From assembly GCF_037042905.1 (NCBI RefSeq), contig NC_087245.1, forward strand, positions 39,496,001 to 39,560,000: a DNA stretch of 64,000 bases, read 5' to 3'. This document shows positions 50,319 through 64,000 of this stretch, piece after piece. A program made the translations under genes and the position numbers. The notes under the pieces are model-generated. The model had not been told where the DNA came from and did not search any database. It saw only the letters and a program-made list of their open reading frames with translations. The stretch is from Lytechinus pictus (taxonomy: Eukaryota). Numbering within the stretch: position 1 is the first letter of the stretch; each line of letters begins with the position of its first letter.

Positions 50319-52569
50319 AATATGCATTATCCAGCATAAAAGTGATGTCTCTACACTCGTACTGCTGTAAAAAAAAAAATGCTCAAAAAATTGTTAGATT
50401 TTTGATTGAGCTCTCTGAACATATATTGCTTTTATATTCATTTCTTTTCCATACAATCCCAAATTGGACTTTTGATAATCCAGACATTTTTTTTTGCATG
50501 AGATTTTACATTTTTAACACAGGATTTGTTTGTGATGGCATTTATCATGTATAGTTGATTTTAGACTAGAAAAATATGATCGCTGCATCGGCATAAATTG
50601 ATATCTTTGTAGCATGTAACACTGAGATTCTGATTAATTCTCAATTTTTTCGAGGGAAAATCTGGCTTTCTTTTTACTGTATAAGATCTTAAAATGTGGA
50701 TGTGAGTGTATACTGGGTTTGGAGAATAGCTGCATGATGTACCTTACACAATCATGCGGAACCATTTATAATCTATCATTCATGATAAGCAAGATAATGT
50801 ATTTTTCAAGTTTTGTTTTCATGTATTTAACTTTGATATTCATTTTTATCTTCCTCAATTGCTTTTATACAAAAACAATTTGTATTTGTTCATATACTGC
50901 ATGTACATGTATGAATTTTTATTTTGTTTGCCGATGCTGTTGTATGTATCTTTATGTGCATATCTTTATTTTTAAGGAAGTAATTCCTTAAAAAGCTGTG
51001 TGCGCTATGAACGCCTAGCTTAGCCGGGTAATGTAGGAGCGCCTTGAGCACCTAACAAGGTGGATATGTGCGCAATATAAATACCCTATATTATTATTAT
51101 TATTATTATTGCATATAGTTGTATAAGTGTAGTAGCATACTTCAATGTATAATAAATTGTGTGTGTGTGTGTGTGTGTGGGGGGGTTATGTGTGTATGAT
51201 ATCATTTATCAATGTAAAAACAAAGATATTTAGGGTGATTGTAAGGTGTCCATGTTAACATTGTATTTAGGGAAAACACATTGAATTTTGTAATAGTTCA
51301 AGCAGCTTTAAATCAGATCTGAAACACTTTTCAATTATACTGTATGTCCTAGAAAATGCTAAAATGTCACAAACTGGGTGCTTATTCAGCCCCCTTTCAA
51401 TTATTTGTTACTAAATTATTTTTGTAAACTTATCATTTTGGTAAACTTAACATTAGCACTGTACATGTAATGATCATTATAAATTGTTTGTATTTATTTA
51501 CATGTATATAATATTGAGTTCTGTTTCTAATGTAAGTGACAGAAATTGTCATTAAACAAATGATTGTAATGAACTATTGATGATTATACATTTTTTAATG
51601 TAATAAATCATAGGTTAGCGAATGAAGACAATACCTTAGAAAAATTAAGAAAAATATGTATATTGATCTTAAATAGAAATCTGTTCAAGAATTGCGTTTC
51701 TAAGATGTGTTAGATAGAGAGTTCAGAATGGTTGATTATTCACCATTATTTTCTTGACCAGAATTCAAGTTTAGATTTACAATACGCTTGTCTGAAATAT
51801 TATAAAAAGGAAGTTTTTACTCATTTTTTTATTTTGTTTGAATGCTAGAGGATTTTTTTTACTGTAAGCAATTATTGCTTTTTTGTACATTGTAAGACAT
51901 ACAATTCTGTGCATGGAAGTTTGTTACAGTGTACTATCAATTTGAACAACATACTGTAAATTATTGCCTCTTAGTCTTTAATCGTCTCTATGGAAGTCCA
52001 TCACATTTTGAAGATATACATGCTCTATTATTAAAATGGGAAGAAAGAGACAATTAATACTCAGTATACTATCCCTGGTGTGTGTGTCATAAAGCCGTTT
52101 GTAAGTTATGAACGACTTTACGAACGACTAGTGATCCTTTCTTAAGGTAAATCATGTGCACTACATTTCATTGGTGTGGATTTAGCTCTTGAAGAAAGGA
52201 TCACCAATCGTTCATAAAGTCACTCGTAACTTACAAACAGCTTTATGAAACGCCCACCAGGATCGTCTATCTTGTGCATGTACGTGATATTATTATTAAT
52301 CTTTAAGACTTGAAAAGTCGACTTGTATACGATGTTAAAAGATAGTTCATAGTAATGCTCATGGTCATATAGCCCTGGGAAAGAAAAACTTCATATTTAG
52401 CTTGGAGCTAACTAAGCAGCACCCCAGGGCCCTGTCTTACAAAGAGTTACGATTGATCCAATCATTCGTAACTCTATGGAAATCCATCGGTGTCATAATT
52501 GTTTCCCCATGAAATGTGCAAAATGTTCTTTGTAACAAGGGCAAACTCAGAATTGTTGAGGTAACAATG

Positions 52570-52970
52570 ATTTTTGTCTCACCTGCATAGCAGAGTGAGA
52601 CTATAGGCGCCGCTTTTCCGACGGCGGCGGTGTCAACACCAAATCTTAACCAAAGGTTAAGTTTTTGAAATGATAGCATAACTTAGAAAGTATATGGACC
52701 TAGTTCATGAAACTTGGCCATAAGGTTAATAAAGTATTACTGAACATCCTGCCTGAGTTTCATGTCAAATGACAAAGGTCATTTAGGGTCAATGAACTTA
52801 TACCATGTTGGGGGAATCAACATCAAAATCTTAACCTAAGGTTAAGTTTTTGAAATGTCATAACTTAGAAAATATATGGACCTACAGTAGTTCATGAAAC
52901 TTGGACATAAGGTTGATCAAGTATCACTGAACATCCTGCATGAGTTTCATGTCACATGACCCAGGTCAAC
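52570..52970 (+). mobile_element. Truncated copy of the 31477 family, inserted into a Harbinger-like MITE
   Basis: Same start, tttttgtctcacctgcatagcagagtgagactataggcgccgc. Confidence 0.72.
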
Positions 52971-53146
52971 GCCCCCCCCCCCCCCACAAAAAATGAAGTG
53001 TTAAAAACTAATAAAAAGAAGACATATGACCATGGACAATACTATGCGCTTTTAAATAACTAGTATTGTGTGTTTTAGTGGAATTAAAGTTTTACTTCGG
53101 CTAAGAGCTTTCTTGAAAATTGTACATTTTGTCTAATATGGTGATA

Positions 53147-53229
53147 GTGATGATGATGATGGTGATGATGATGATGATGATGATGATGGTGGTGATGATG
53201 ATGATGATGATGTTGGTGATGATGATGAT
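53147..53229. repeat. (GAT)n microsatellite
   Basis: GAT run with GGT/GTT interruptions. Confidence 0.95.
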
Positions 53230-53736
53230 CCCATAGCTTAAACCGCACACCACAACACATCAAACTTTATGTTAACTTCTGTATTTTTGTTTATTTTTCT
53301 TCAAAATGATTAGCATATCACATTAGGATAGAATAATGAAAGAAATATTCCTAAATAATTCATAAATGCACATATTTGTATATCTTCAAAAGTATAATTA
53401 CATGAACATTATTACAAAATATCAATAAGTGCATAATAATTAAGATGGACCACCTGTTAAGATGATCATACAGTATACATAGGTTACTATTTCAAGACTC
53501 AGTATCTCAGTTCTTCGGTTAGAAAATCATTGATGAGTTTATTATACCTGAATTCTTGAATACTACTATTTCCTTTAAAGAAAAAAAAGTTGCTTGATAT
53601 AAAACAATGCTAGCCAAAATATAAAAATTGTACACAGAATTACTACAAAAGTGAAAATTTGTTATTGTTGAGAAAGTGTTAAGTATTATTTGATTTTGGT
53701 GAAGAGTTAGATGATTGATGATCAATCTGTAACCAG

Positions 53737-53944
53737 GGGGAGGTTTCACAAAGAATTAATTACGACTTAAAGTCGCACTTAAACGCCTAGTTGCATGCGT
53801 TACGAAAGGCATGACCACATTGGTCAGATCATGCCGAGAGGACGCGCACAACTGCGTATTAATAAGATTGCCCGTTGAATATCATGTAGGCGTCGGCATT
53901 TAATTGCGACTCTATGTCATACTTAATCTTTGTGAAACACCCCC
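53737..53944. mobile_element. Harbinger-like MITE
   Basis: cag|ggggaggtttcacaaaga ... tctttgtgaaacacccc|ctg. Confidence 0.7.
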
Positions 53945-56900
53945 CTGACCTTGTAATCAATCACAAGTGGACTTGGGTTTTCTGAAGTGAGCATGTTTGT
54001 AAAGAGAGACAAAGAGCGGTAACCATTCTAGAAATCAAATGTAAACTCAAAAGTCATTGTCACAACATGTATACACATACAGTCCGGACAATGAGTTGTA
54101 TCGAGGAAGGCATGACAGGACATTAACATCACTTTTACAACTGCTATGACTTCCCCAAACCAGTATATGGCAGAGTTTTCCCTGTTGCATAAACAACAAA
54201 TCTTTATGATAAACATAGAAAAAACTCTGGTCAGAAAGTGAAACTCTGCAGCTGACTTTAGCACAGGAGAAAACTGAAGGCTATCTGGAGTTTTCTTTTT
54301 AACCAAAAAAAAATTATTCACAAATGCATGAATAATTGCGACTTGGAGGTGATGGATGAAAAGAATAACAAATGTTTCATTTACAAATAAAAAATAAGCG
54401 TGACCAGATGAAGCTCAATTACACACCATTCTGTATGCTTTCCGACAGAATGCAATGATCATGCAAGATAAGGCTATATTGAACTATTTACAGAGATACA
54501 TACAAGGAAATATAATAAACGAACACAGTAACTAACATGTGAAGGTATCAATTTATATAGAAAAACATACGAGCAACCTGACCTGAATATTCATAAGGTG
54601 TACAACATGACATGAATATTCATAAGGTGTACCCCTGTGATACAAATTTCATGGAAGAAGGAAGCATGTTCCAATACATGTATAATCATAAAAAGTAAAC
54701 AAAATTAAATTAAATACATATAAATGCATACATCAATATATGTACGATGCTATCGACTAGCACAGGATTAAGTATCTACACCAAGTTCTTGACTACAGAA
54801 AATATTGCGATCGTACTTCTGTTCCTAAAAATGAGCTTTTGATAACTACGGTACAAGATTTAAAGAGCATAGTAAAATAATACAAAAATGCAAAGCTAAA
54901 AAAAAATCTGTATTTTATGTTGTGTATTCAAGACTGCATGTAGATGGTTAGAATTCACAATTCACATTTTCACTCCAGAAAACAATGGGGTAAGAACAGA
55001 ACAACTGTACCAACACTTAAAAAAGGGGTACTTTGGAACAATATTCATGACCTTTGTTTTTCCCCAGACAGAGGAACTATTGGTATAATAATGTGCATAT
55101 ATCTAAGATATATGAATAAAATAAATTACAAAATAAATACAATAGTTATACACTTTGGGACTTGAACAGATTCTATACAATGGACCTCCATAATTCCTAT
55201 CTGAAGATTTTTTTATTTTATATTCGAGTGTGTCAATGGGGTAATACAACATGATATGTATGGTAGACTATATGCATGTCCCACATACTGAAAATCGTGT
55301 ATTGCTCATGAGAGTTGGTATGCAGCACTGCTTCTTATACTTGAACGCATCAATACACCATTCTACTGTATAAACTCTATTACTTCATAGATGGATTTGA
55401 AAATAAACACTAAAAGTAAAACAATAAAAAAAAAAAAAACACTTAATACATGTACATTGTCAAATTCCTAGATAACTCAGACACAAAAATGTCTACAATA
55501 TTAAGGAAGGCCATAACACATACAACGGCCATTCGCTTTTAAATGATAGGTTTCACATACATGTATAGAAAGTGAAACAAATTATTCAGATCTATTTCGA
55601 CTATTTATATTTTATCATTTATGTACATGAATATAATAATTGTCAGTATATAATTCTCCTCATTTAACACTCATGTTAGTATCATATCAATTAAATGATA
55701 GTAAACCTTACATTAAGGTGTACTCACAGTCCTTTGTTTACCAATCGACATCTCCAAGTTCCATTGATGAATTGGGTAAAAAAAAAAGTGGTTTCTTGTT
55801 ATCGGGGTAAGAAATATTCAGTTTATTTTTCCTAAGGTCTGAAACATTAGTCCCCTGTACACAAGAGATAAAATCAATCCTGTAACCGATGGTAACACAT
55901 TAAACTTAAAACTTGTATAAAAAAAATGTATGAGTCAGTCACTGTGGCACAGTAGTTGAGAAGTGTGAGCCATTTGTGTAATCCATCCACAAATTTTTCA
56001 CATTACACGAGAGTCTCTGCTTGGTGCGAGTTTCACAAAGCTGTTCACAAGTTACTAATGACTTTACAAAGGACCGGCGATCCTTTCTTAGAAACTAGAT
56101 CACCACCGATGAAAGTATGATGTGTATCATTTATTACAAGAAAGGATCACCGGTCGGTTGTAAGTCAATCGTAACTCGCGAAGAGCTTCTTGAAATACCA
56201 CCTATACCATGATTGCTGTGAATATACCCTGATGTACGCTCTTATCATGGTCTATATCACAGGCAAGATGGACATTCGCATTCTTAATAGCGATACTAGT
56301 AAAAGAAGAAAACAAGATTCATACTATTAGAACCAGACCAGGGCACCGTCTTACAAAGAGTTACGATTGATCCAATCAATCGGAACTCTATGGAAATCCA
56401 TCACTGTCATAATTTTTTCTACAGGAAATTTGCACAGTGTCCTTTGTAAACAAAGAGAAGCACAGTGAATTTTTAAGAAAACAATGAATATACATCATAG
56501 TTAGAAAATATTTTGAACAAACAGGCATAATAGATGTTGACATTGCTGGCCGTCCATAGTCGTGATTGATTGGGTCAATCGCAACTCTGTAAGACTGGAC
56601 CCAGGATATCATCGTGAAATTGGCAATAAGGGGCCCCTATATATTTCTCTTCCTCTAGCAATTTCTATTGTAATACGGTTATACAGCAATACACACCCAG
56701 TATTCAGAAAATACCTGTTGCCTACAATGCATTCAAAGAGCTTTATACACCCTTATGATGAAATCTCGTTCCTAATCTGGGGCCCGTTTCATAAAACTTG
56801 TTATAGTAAAAAAAAATTGCAATAACAGTTGAAGCCCTGTTGCATGAAAATCAGTGCTTGAATGAAACTCCTTGAAAATCAATCATTAGTCCTACATGAA

Positions 56901-57159
56901 CACTGCTGACCAGCTGATAGTGAAGTTGCGCTTGATGTTCTCAATTTGCAATCAAATTTTAGTGTCATGCAACGCGCCCCTGATCCTTAATCCACCACAA
57001 CCCGACTTTCCCCATTGATGCCTGTGATATAGACCAGCTTCCACCATTTGCATTACATCATTAGACTGTATATATATATATATATAAAAAAGAGGCGAAA
57101 TAAATAGACCATCACAAAAAATGGTCCGTTAGTTGTAAACGTCTACGTCCCTCGCGGTC

Positions 57160-57285
57160 TCACAATATGATACATTTCCTCTTTCTCCTGCCCTCCGATG
57201 TCTTCTTCTTGATCTTCTTTCCGTTTTGTTTCTGCGTCTCTAGTGCCTTTTGGTCCCGGATTTTCCTCATGAGATCGTAGAAGAC
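57160..57285 (-). CDS. RAL: Ral GTPase last coding exon, polybasic tail and CAAX
   Basis: Acceptor cttccag|GTC. Encodes VFYDLMRKIRDQKALETQKQNGKKIKKKTSEGRRKRKCIIL*. CIIL is a geranylgeranylation-type CAAX. Missed by the ORF track. Confidence 0.95.
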   Translation of the reverse strand, partial: VFYDLMRKIRDQKALETQKQNGKKIKKKTSEGRRKRKCIIL

Positions 57286-58189
57286 CTGGAAGATGTGATT
57301 AGGGGGGGGGGGCAAAGAAAAATCAAAGGAAGGTCGTGATTACTGTCAAAGAAATCAACATTATACCTTAGATATATAACATGAGGGGACTGCCCGTATG
57401 TTGAGTTCAATGCAAAATGTAATGTGAAATAAAAAGAGGTAGAAAATATAGCCACTTAAAGGATTTTTATCTCCCCCCACCCCATCAACATAATTCTGGG
57501 CTAAAACAGCTTTAAATACATCAACGGTATTCCATATTTTAACTCAAGTTCCCTGCATTATACATTGTCATGAGACCTGTATTTGGCAATCAGAATTACC
57601 CTGACAGCCAATGAATTATCCTAATAAAAAGGTTCTATTTTTACACTCTTAATTAGCAATCCAATTACCTCAAATCATCCTAGGATGTAATGACCGCCAA
57701 GTGATTAATAACAGCCCTCAAATTAACCTCATTATGGTGGAGAATATATCAATATGAGAATACATAACATTGCTAGGCACATCCATAATAGTCTGCAATG
57801 CAAACCCTTCACTCTGGTTAAGGGGTCTGAATACGCAGCCTACAGAGTCTTGTGTACTGAAGGCCCTCTTCAAATAGTTTTATGTGCTAGTCTTGTGCGA
57901 AGACCCACTTGTTGATCACAGGGTCTGTGCCTGCAGACTATATTCATATTAAACTTGAACCAGCAATTTGTGTATGGTATGGGTGAATATACAATGTAGC
58001 ATATCCCGAAGCCCCATTTGCCCTGTTGTGAAGCCGTAAAATTACATGAAATGTTCAACACATAAAGTGAGATCCATAATCTTAACTCTAACCCTACATA
58101 CATGAAACAAATGGTTGATAAAAACTGGTTGATCACCAAATGCTTCATTCAATGACAATGACATTCATGATAAATCAAAATAGTGTGTT

Positions 58190-58588
58190 AGATTTCCAAT
58201 TCGTCTAATGCCAATTCATCCAACTGCCAACTCTTCTACTATCATTCGATCTACCATCAGTTCGTCCACTCACCATATGGTCCACTTTCATTTAGTCTAA
58301 TGCCATTCCGTCCAATAACCAGTTGGTCCAATAGCCATTTAGTCCATATACCATTTGGTCTAATTGGACTAAAGTGTTAATTGTGCAAAATGAATGGAAA
58401 TGAAATGGATATTAGACCAACTGGTTATGAGACGAAATGGTCATAGACGAAATGGTGATTAGACCAAATTATTATTGGACCAAATGGTTATTAGACGAAA
58501 CGTTGATGGATGGAATGGCATTAGACTAAATAAAGTAGACCATGTGGTGAGTGGACGAGTTGGCAGCAGACGAATTGGCAATTTACCG
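58190..58588. mobile_element. Palindromic MITE, same family as 7781-8180, in a Ral intron
   Basis: Ends ttccaattcgtctaatgccaa ... ttggcagcagacgaattggcaa. Confidence 0.8.
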
Positions 58589-59445
58589 TGTGTTTCACAT
58601 GCATGCCGTTTGAGATCTCATCGTGATGTCACTCGTGGGTCCCATAACACAAAGGTTAGTGATTAATCACACGTTTGATTTCCACGATAATTGTACATTG
58701 TAGTCAATGCATGTAATCATTCATGAAAAAAAAAAACCAATCTAAGATGATTGTTAAACTTTGTATTCTGGGACCCTGGCCTGCTGTGTTAATCTGTGAT
58801 GTGAGAGATTGGCTGACAACATGAAATCAACACCATGCTTTAATCAACATGTTCCTTTTTCTTGAGTGATTACAAATCCTACATACAAAACCACTACGGT
58901 TTTCCAGGAACTCACCATAGATCTACTGATTAATCCTTACTTTTCCCTCGGCTATATAGGATTCATCTTTCAGTTTCTTTTCTTTTTTCAATTTTAGCTA
59001 GCTGTGCGTGCTACAGGTCTTTGGGGGAAAAGCAGTTAACCAACGAGCAAAGATAGGCCTTACAAGAATGAGCATTAAAAAAATACACAAATTGGAGCAC
59101 GTCTGTGGCATGTAAAAGCTGCCTATAGCATGCCATTGATATCGTGTCTTATGAGGAAAGGCCTAAAACAATTGCAGTCAGAGATTTTGTTAGGTTAGCC
59201 CCCACCAAGGTTTTTTTTTTTTTTTTTTACCCAGTTATTTGGGGGTTCAACGTTTAAGCATTTTGAAAACATTTTCAATCAATATAAATCATATTTTACT
59301 ACACCTTTTAAACACATTTTAAAATGCATTTCAAAACACCTTTTCAAAAGTGTTTTAAAATGCATTTTAAACTGTTTTTTTTTAAAAGAAGAATTGAATG
59401 TACAAATGCACCCACATCCCCTAGAGCTGCAGTGCCTGTTCTTAC

Positions 59446-59629
59446 TTTATCAACATTTTCTCTCGTCTTGGCCGACGTTTCAACGTACGGCACGTTCCAC
59501 GTCTTTGCTCTTTCCGAAGCTTCCTCTTCGCTGACTTGCCTCTTGTCTGCCAAGTCTGATTTGTTGCCGACTAGTAAAAAGGGGATTTGGTCATCAGTTT
59601 TGTCATGCTTCACTCGAAGAATCTGCTCC
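59446..59629 (-). CDS. RAL: Ral GTPase exon with G4 (NKSD) and G5 (SAK) boxes
   Basis: Acceptor ccccag|G and donor AAA|gtaaga. Encodes [61 protein letters not shown]. Confidence 0.96.
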
Positions 59630-59844
59630 CTGGGGGAAATATGGGATGATAAAAAGGTAGAGAAGACGGTATAAATGAGAGTTCATATTAAACACAATCT
59701 AGTCAAGTTCAACAACCCACACCAGGCACGTATCCTCCAGCATCAGATCTTACAAAGCATTTCATGGGCCCAATTTTCTGGCGACAATAGTGACTATATT
59801 ATGCTTGTGCATGGGCGGATGGGCCCATACATTTGTTTGTCATA

Positions 59845-60268
59845 TACCGTGTTTACACTTGATCGGCTTTTGGTTTGCGTTTACACGTTGTTACAGCTCG
59901 CGGTTCAGAACCGCGAGCCGATGCAAAACCTGAAATGATACGCACACCAACAATATACGTCATAATAAAGACAACGCTGGATCAGTGCACTTACAATTAC
60001 GTCACAATGGTAAAGTAAATGAAATGCGCACAAATTGCCGATGCAGAATCGGCTTTCTGTTTTATACACGTAGTAAAAAAGCCGATTCTGCATCGGCTCG
60101 CGGTTCTGAACCTACTACTTGGGTGGTGCAAATTGCCGGTTCTGAACCGCGAGCCGATGCAAGTTACTCGCGTTTACACGCTATGAAAAAGCCGATGCTG
60201 CATCGGCTCGCGGTTCTGAACCACGAGCCGATGCAGCATTCAAAAGCCGATTAAGGGTAAACACGGTA
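59845..60268. mobile_element. MITE with ATA TSD and internal GCATCGGCTCGCGGTTCTGAACCGCGAGCCGATGC palindromes
   Basis: TIR TACCGTGTTTAC / GTAAACACGGTA. The host repeat (59719-60292) is present uninterrupted at ~356-491. Confidence 0.85.
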
Positions 60269-62496
60269 ATAGTTGATGCTGGATACGCTATGGCATACAG
60301 CCAGGGGAAGATATTTTTCAAGATAGGAACTGATTTGCTCACCCTTGTCAAATTGGCAATTATCATTTAAATGTTCTTACCCTGTTTACATAGGTTCAAA
60401 TACATGCAAGTATGGACATCATACAGGTCAAAATTAACAATCAACTTTCATAAGTAAAAAAGTTGCCAATTTGTCTTCTCAAAGATTAATGCCAGTTTTG
60501 GTAATGATTTTAAATTGTGTTCGTACAAAATCCAATGAAACGACCAACCAAGTATCTGGCATATTGTGCTAAAGGGTTCTGGAAGAAATTGAGACATTTA
60601 CAATGTAATGGCTGAGAAAATAGCAAAATAAGCACAGGATTTGAGTGACAAGTCTAATATTTTTCCGAGCAATAATAATACACTGTGGTCATACAGCTAA
60701 TTTATTTCAGGACCAAACACCAGTTTATGTAACTGTACCAGATCTGGGGCCCGTTGCAGAAAGAGTTGCAATCAATCACAACTCAAAAAATCAGACGCAA
60801 CTTGATTTTCAACCAACCAAACAGCGCGCATTTGGGACTTGCAATTGATTTTTTTAACTTTTCTTTACTCTTTTGACTCTTTCTGCAACAGACGACATTA
60901 TCAACAATATTACATGTATAGTGTCAATTAATCTTAGTTTCACAGACTTTCTTGTTAAATCTAATACTGCAACTACTTTAAATTATCTTCAAATATTGGT
61001 TGATCACTGTTTTCATTGAAATGCCAATCAACGTCATAATGATTAGCTCCATCCTAACAGCTTTGATTCTGGAACAGCACTAGAAATTGCATTTTTGTAA
61101 GTACATGCTTCCCTTCAAATAATATTTTACTAGCATTCAGGGAGCATAATCCTCTCAAAAAGGAGAAACTGATACTGTAATTAGAGAATGAGAGGAGAAA
61201 GAAATAGAGAGAGAGAGAGAGGGGGGGGGGATATACATGAATGTAGGGGAAGGTAGGACTGAAAGGGGAAAACGAAGGATGCGATTAAAAGCTGATCGAA
61301 GAGACAACTCATTCAAGGCAAAAGAACGATACCAAATCAATCATTACAGCTCAATTAGAATGTAATACAGGTTTCTTCCATTACCGATCTTGCACCAGAG
61401 GGATCAATACTAAAAAAATGAAAATCCATTTCCCTGTCTCCGGAGTTGGATATGAAATTAGGATACTGATGAGGATAGAAATATCTCCCTGATGGAGTGC
61501 CCATTTACCTTTCATCATCTCCTTGTATCAATGCTTGGATTCTCTATAAACACCCTTTAATTAGGGCATAACCACAGGGAGAAAGCCCATCCCCATCATT
61601 TACATATATATTGGCTTTTTTCATGCAAGTGTTCACACAGCAAGCTTGCATAATCATGCTCAAATTCATATTTCTGAATTAGAGTCTATTAAATACCTAT
61701 ACCAATGCATTACAAATATTACTTCCTTTTGCAAGGGCTGCTTAATAGAAGTTCACCCAATGTGTATTCAGTGATTCTATTGTGATTCTATCTATAATGC
61801 ACTAAGACCAATGGGAAGAAACGGGTAGGAAAATATGTTAATCATTAGGGGCTATTTTTGCCACATTGGGGCATTTTTTTAAAATCAATTTTATTTTTGG
61901 GGGAGGGGGGCATTTAAATTTCTTTCAAGTGCTTTCTTGCTCAAGGAGCAATTTCCTGTAAAAGCATGTATTTATCCTAATGTACAGGATGTAGAAAATT
62001 GATTTTCTAAATTTTCTGGAATATTTGTTTGTAGCAGATCTTGGGGCAACTTTATAAATGATTGACACCCGTAATGGCCATCACTGAATCTTTCATTTCA
62101 TTTTCATATCTGTGTACTGAAAAAACAAACCAAATCAAAATGTTATAAAGTTCTGCCTTATTTTTGCTTGTTTGATTTTTCTATTTTCTTCAATCATTCC
62201 AATCATTTTTTGTAGGGCATACTCCTCCTTTAATCATTTTTCCAATTGAAAACACAGGAACTGAGACACAGGGCTTAATCAAAAGTCCCATCGTTGTGCA
62301 GATTCCCAACCCGACATAAATCCTTTCTAATGGAAAAAAAAACCCTGCCATTGACACTGACTCAATGCTACCCAATCAAACGGGATGCCTGCTGCTTCAG
62401 AGCTTTAGGGGACATTCACTGTGGATAAGACAATTAATTAATCTCATCACACTGGATATCATACTGCATGCATTCAGGGAAGACACGGCACAGGAA

Positions 62497-62895
62497 GGTG
62501 AAATCTGGAAGGCCAAATCATATTTAAAAGGGATAATCAAATCTTCAGTGATAAATTGATTTATAGATTTATATTTCATTTGCAATATATCGATAATTTC
62601 ATTACATTAGCTATGGTTATGCATCCATTATTATTATTTTTTTTTTTACATTTCTTTTTAATAGAAATCTGTTTATTAGATGAAATCTGGAAAGCCACAC
62701 CACATCAAAGAGATAATGTAACATTTAAGTGATCAAAAATAGATTTTTTGGTTCATTTGCAAAAAAATCCACAATTTTTATCAAAATTAAAAAATAAGAC
62801 TGTATAAGATGAAATCTTGCAGGCAAAACCACCTTACAGGAACAATCTAATCTTCAGTAAAAAATGATAATAGATTTTCACTATATTTGCAATAT
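62497..62895. repeat. Three diverged ~90-bp direct repeats in a Ral intron
   Basis: tgaaatct(g/t)g...ttcagt/taagt...atagattt...atttgcaa at ~62499, ~62681 and ~62810. Confidence 0.65.
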
Positions 62896-63930
62896 CATCT
62901 TGATAAAGAAAATATGTTTTTCAAAGACAATAAATATGAAAGTGGACAAAACAGTGCAAGTCCTGTATAGTATATATTCCAAGGATGCAGAACAAATATG
63001 AATTATCAGAAATGGCTATCGAGCATGGAAAACGCAAATTTGCTCTTTTTTTTCATAATACAGGGATACTTCAACCACTTTGAAACAGAAATATCTGAAC
63101 ATGTAGGTCAGAGTGTCTATTAAGTGAATACAAACAGAGAAGAATTGAGTAGTTTACATTGAATTGGCCGACTGATAAACAAGGCATGGGGCACATATTC
63201 ATAAGCCACCGTATAACCATACAAAATGGACTTAAATGAAGATAAATTTGATATATCATGATTTCATGGTGGTTTAACTGTAATAGGCCAGGGTATCACC
63301 ATAAAGTAATTTCACAGTGAGAGCAATGGCTAAAGTGCCAATTATGTGGCTAATTCCTATACCCCATGTATGCAAAGTGCATGTTTGTTTCCACAAAGCA
63401 TTTTGCTGGTGAAACAAATAAACACACATGTATATGGAGTACAATATTGTAAAGATACACTGTTCGGGACTATTACTAATTAAGGGACCCTTCAATGTAA
63501 ACTCTATAGACTCCAAAAGTTCATGTCACTTTTCTAATTAATTACTACCAATACTACATGTATATAACATGAAAATAAATGCCCTATAAACAGTTATGAT
63601 GTGGTAGATGTATAAACATACGTTGTTACTATTTAAATTTGCAGCTTAAATGTTTGTAAATATGTGAAGTATAATGTCTTTAATATGTGAACGTATTGAA
63701 AAATAGAAAACCTCGTATTAAAATATTCCCTTAGAAAAAAACAAAATTGCTATTTCTCATGTGGATATTATCTACATGTTCTATTATAACATTTCAATTA
63801 GTGTTTTCAGAAACTTTTTATCTTTGATGAGCTTAAAATATTTAACTGAGCACTTGCTCCACGGGACAACTCTAAAAATATGAGATAGGATGAAGAAGAA
63901 TTACAAGATACTTTCAGTGAGTGAACAAAC

Positions 63931-64000
63931 CTGAATTCTGTTGTCGTGGCAAACGATTCTTGCTCTGTTATACTGAAGACACATAGAAATCCTTCCCCGG
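63931..64000 (-). CDS. RAL: Ral GTPase internal exon (partial, cut by the window edge)
   Basis: Encodes GEGFLCVFSITEQESFATTTEF(R). Donor AG|gtttgt (phase 2). Matches the Ral segment SGEGFLCVFSITE.ESF..T..FR. Confidence 0.93.

Larger units (their letters stand above)
47385..51610 (+). other. Putative terminal 3'UTR exon of the SEA-like gene
   Basis: Polypyrimidine acceptor ctctttctattacgcag| at 47384/47385. AT/TGTA-rich UTR-like sequence with AATAAA near 51602. The end point is uncertain. Confidence 0.35.

Noticed and set aside
58916..59162. Alternative Ral C-terminal exon (KRAS4A/4B-like)
   Set aside because: Candidate acceptors give peptides without the helix-5 pattern or CAAX, so there is no support.

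Overview
Eukaryotic, AT-rich, intron-containing animal genomic DNA. A marine invertebrate deuterostome such as a sea urchin is inferred from the repeat landscape but cannot be confirmed here. Three spliced host genes can be reconstructed by hand. (1) MTERF3 on the minus strand, 5' coding exons, running off the left edge. (2) An unnamed ~280-aa type II membrane protein on the plus strand with one TM helix and a lone SEA-like ectodomain, five coding exons at 28177-43910. (3) The last three coding exons of a Ral GTPase on the minus strand, running off the right edge. Most other ORFs in the track are spurious products of repeats. The highlights are mobile DNA. A decayed Penelope-like retroelement (RT + GIY-YIG) has inverted pLTR copies that each carry a minimal hammerhead-ribozyme motif with a compensatory U3:A8 core. 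It is interrupted by a SINE fragment and by a 1.46-kb near-perfect foldback element. A 3.6-kb hAT-like non-autonomous element (8-bp TSD) carries a 25-unit, indel-free 110-bp satellite with higher-order structure. There are also many MITEs with readable TSDs (CWG, TTAA, 3, 4, 6 and 8 bp), HINE/DINE-like elements, tRNA-derived SINEs and local duplications. Superfamily assignments rest on TIR/TSD conventions, not database searches.
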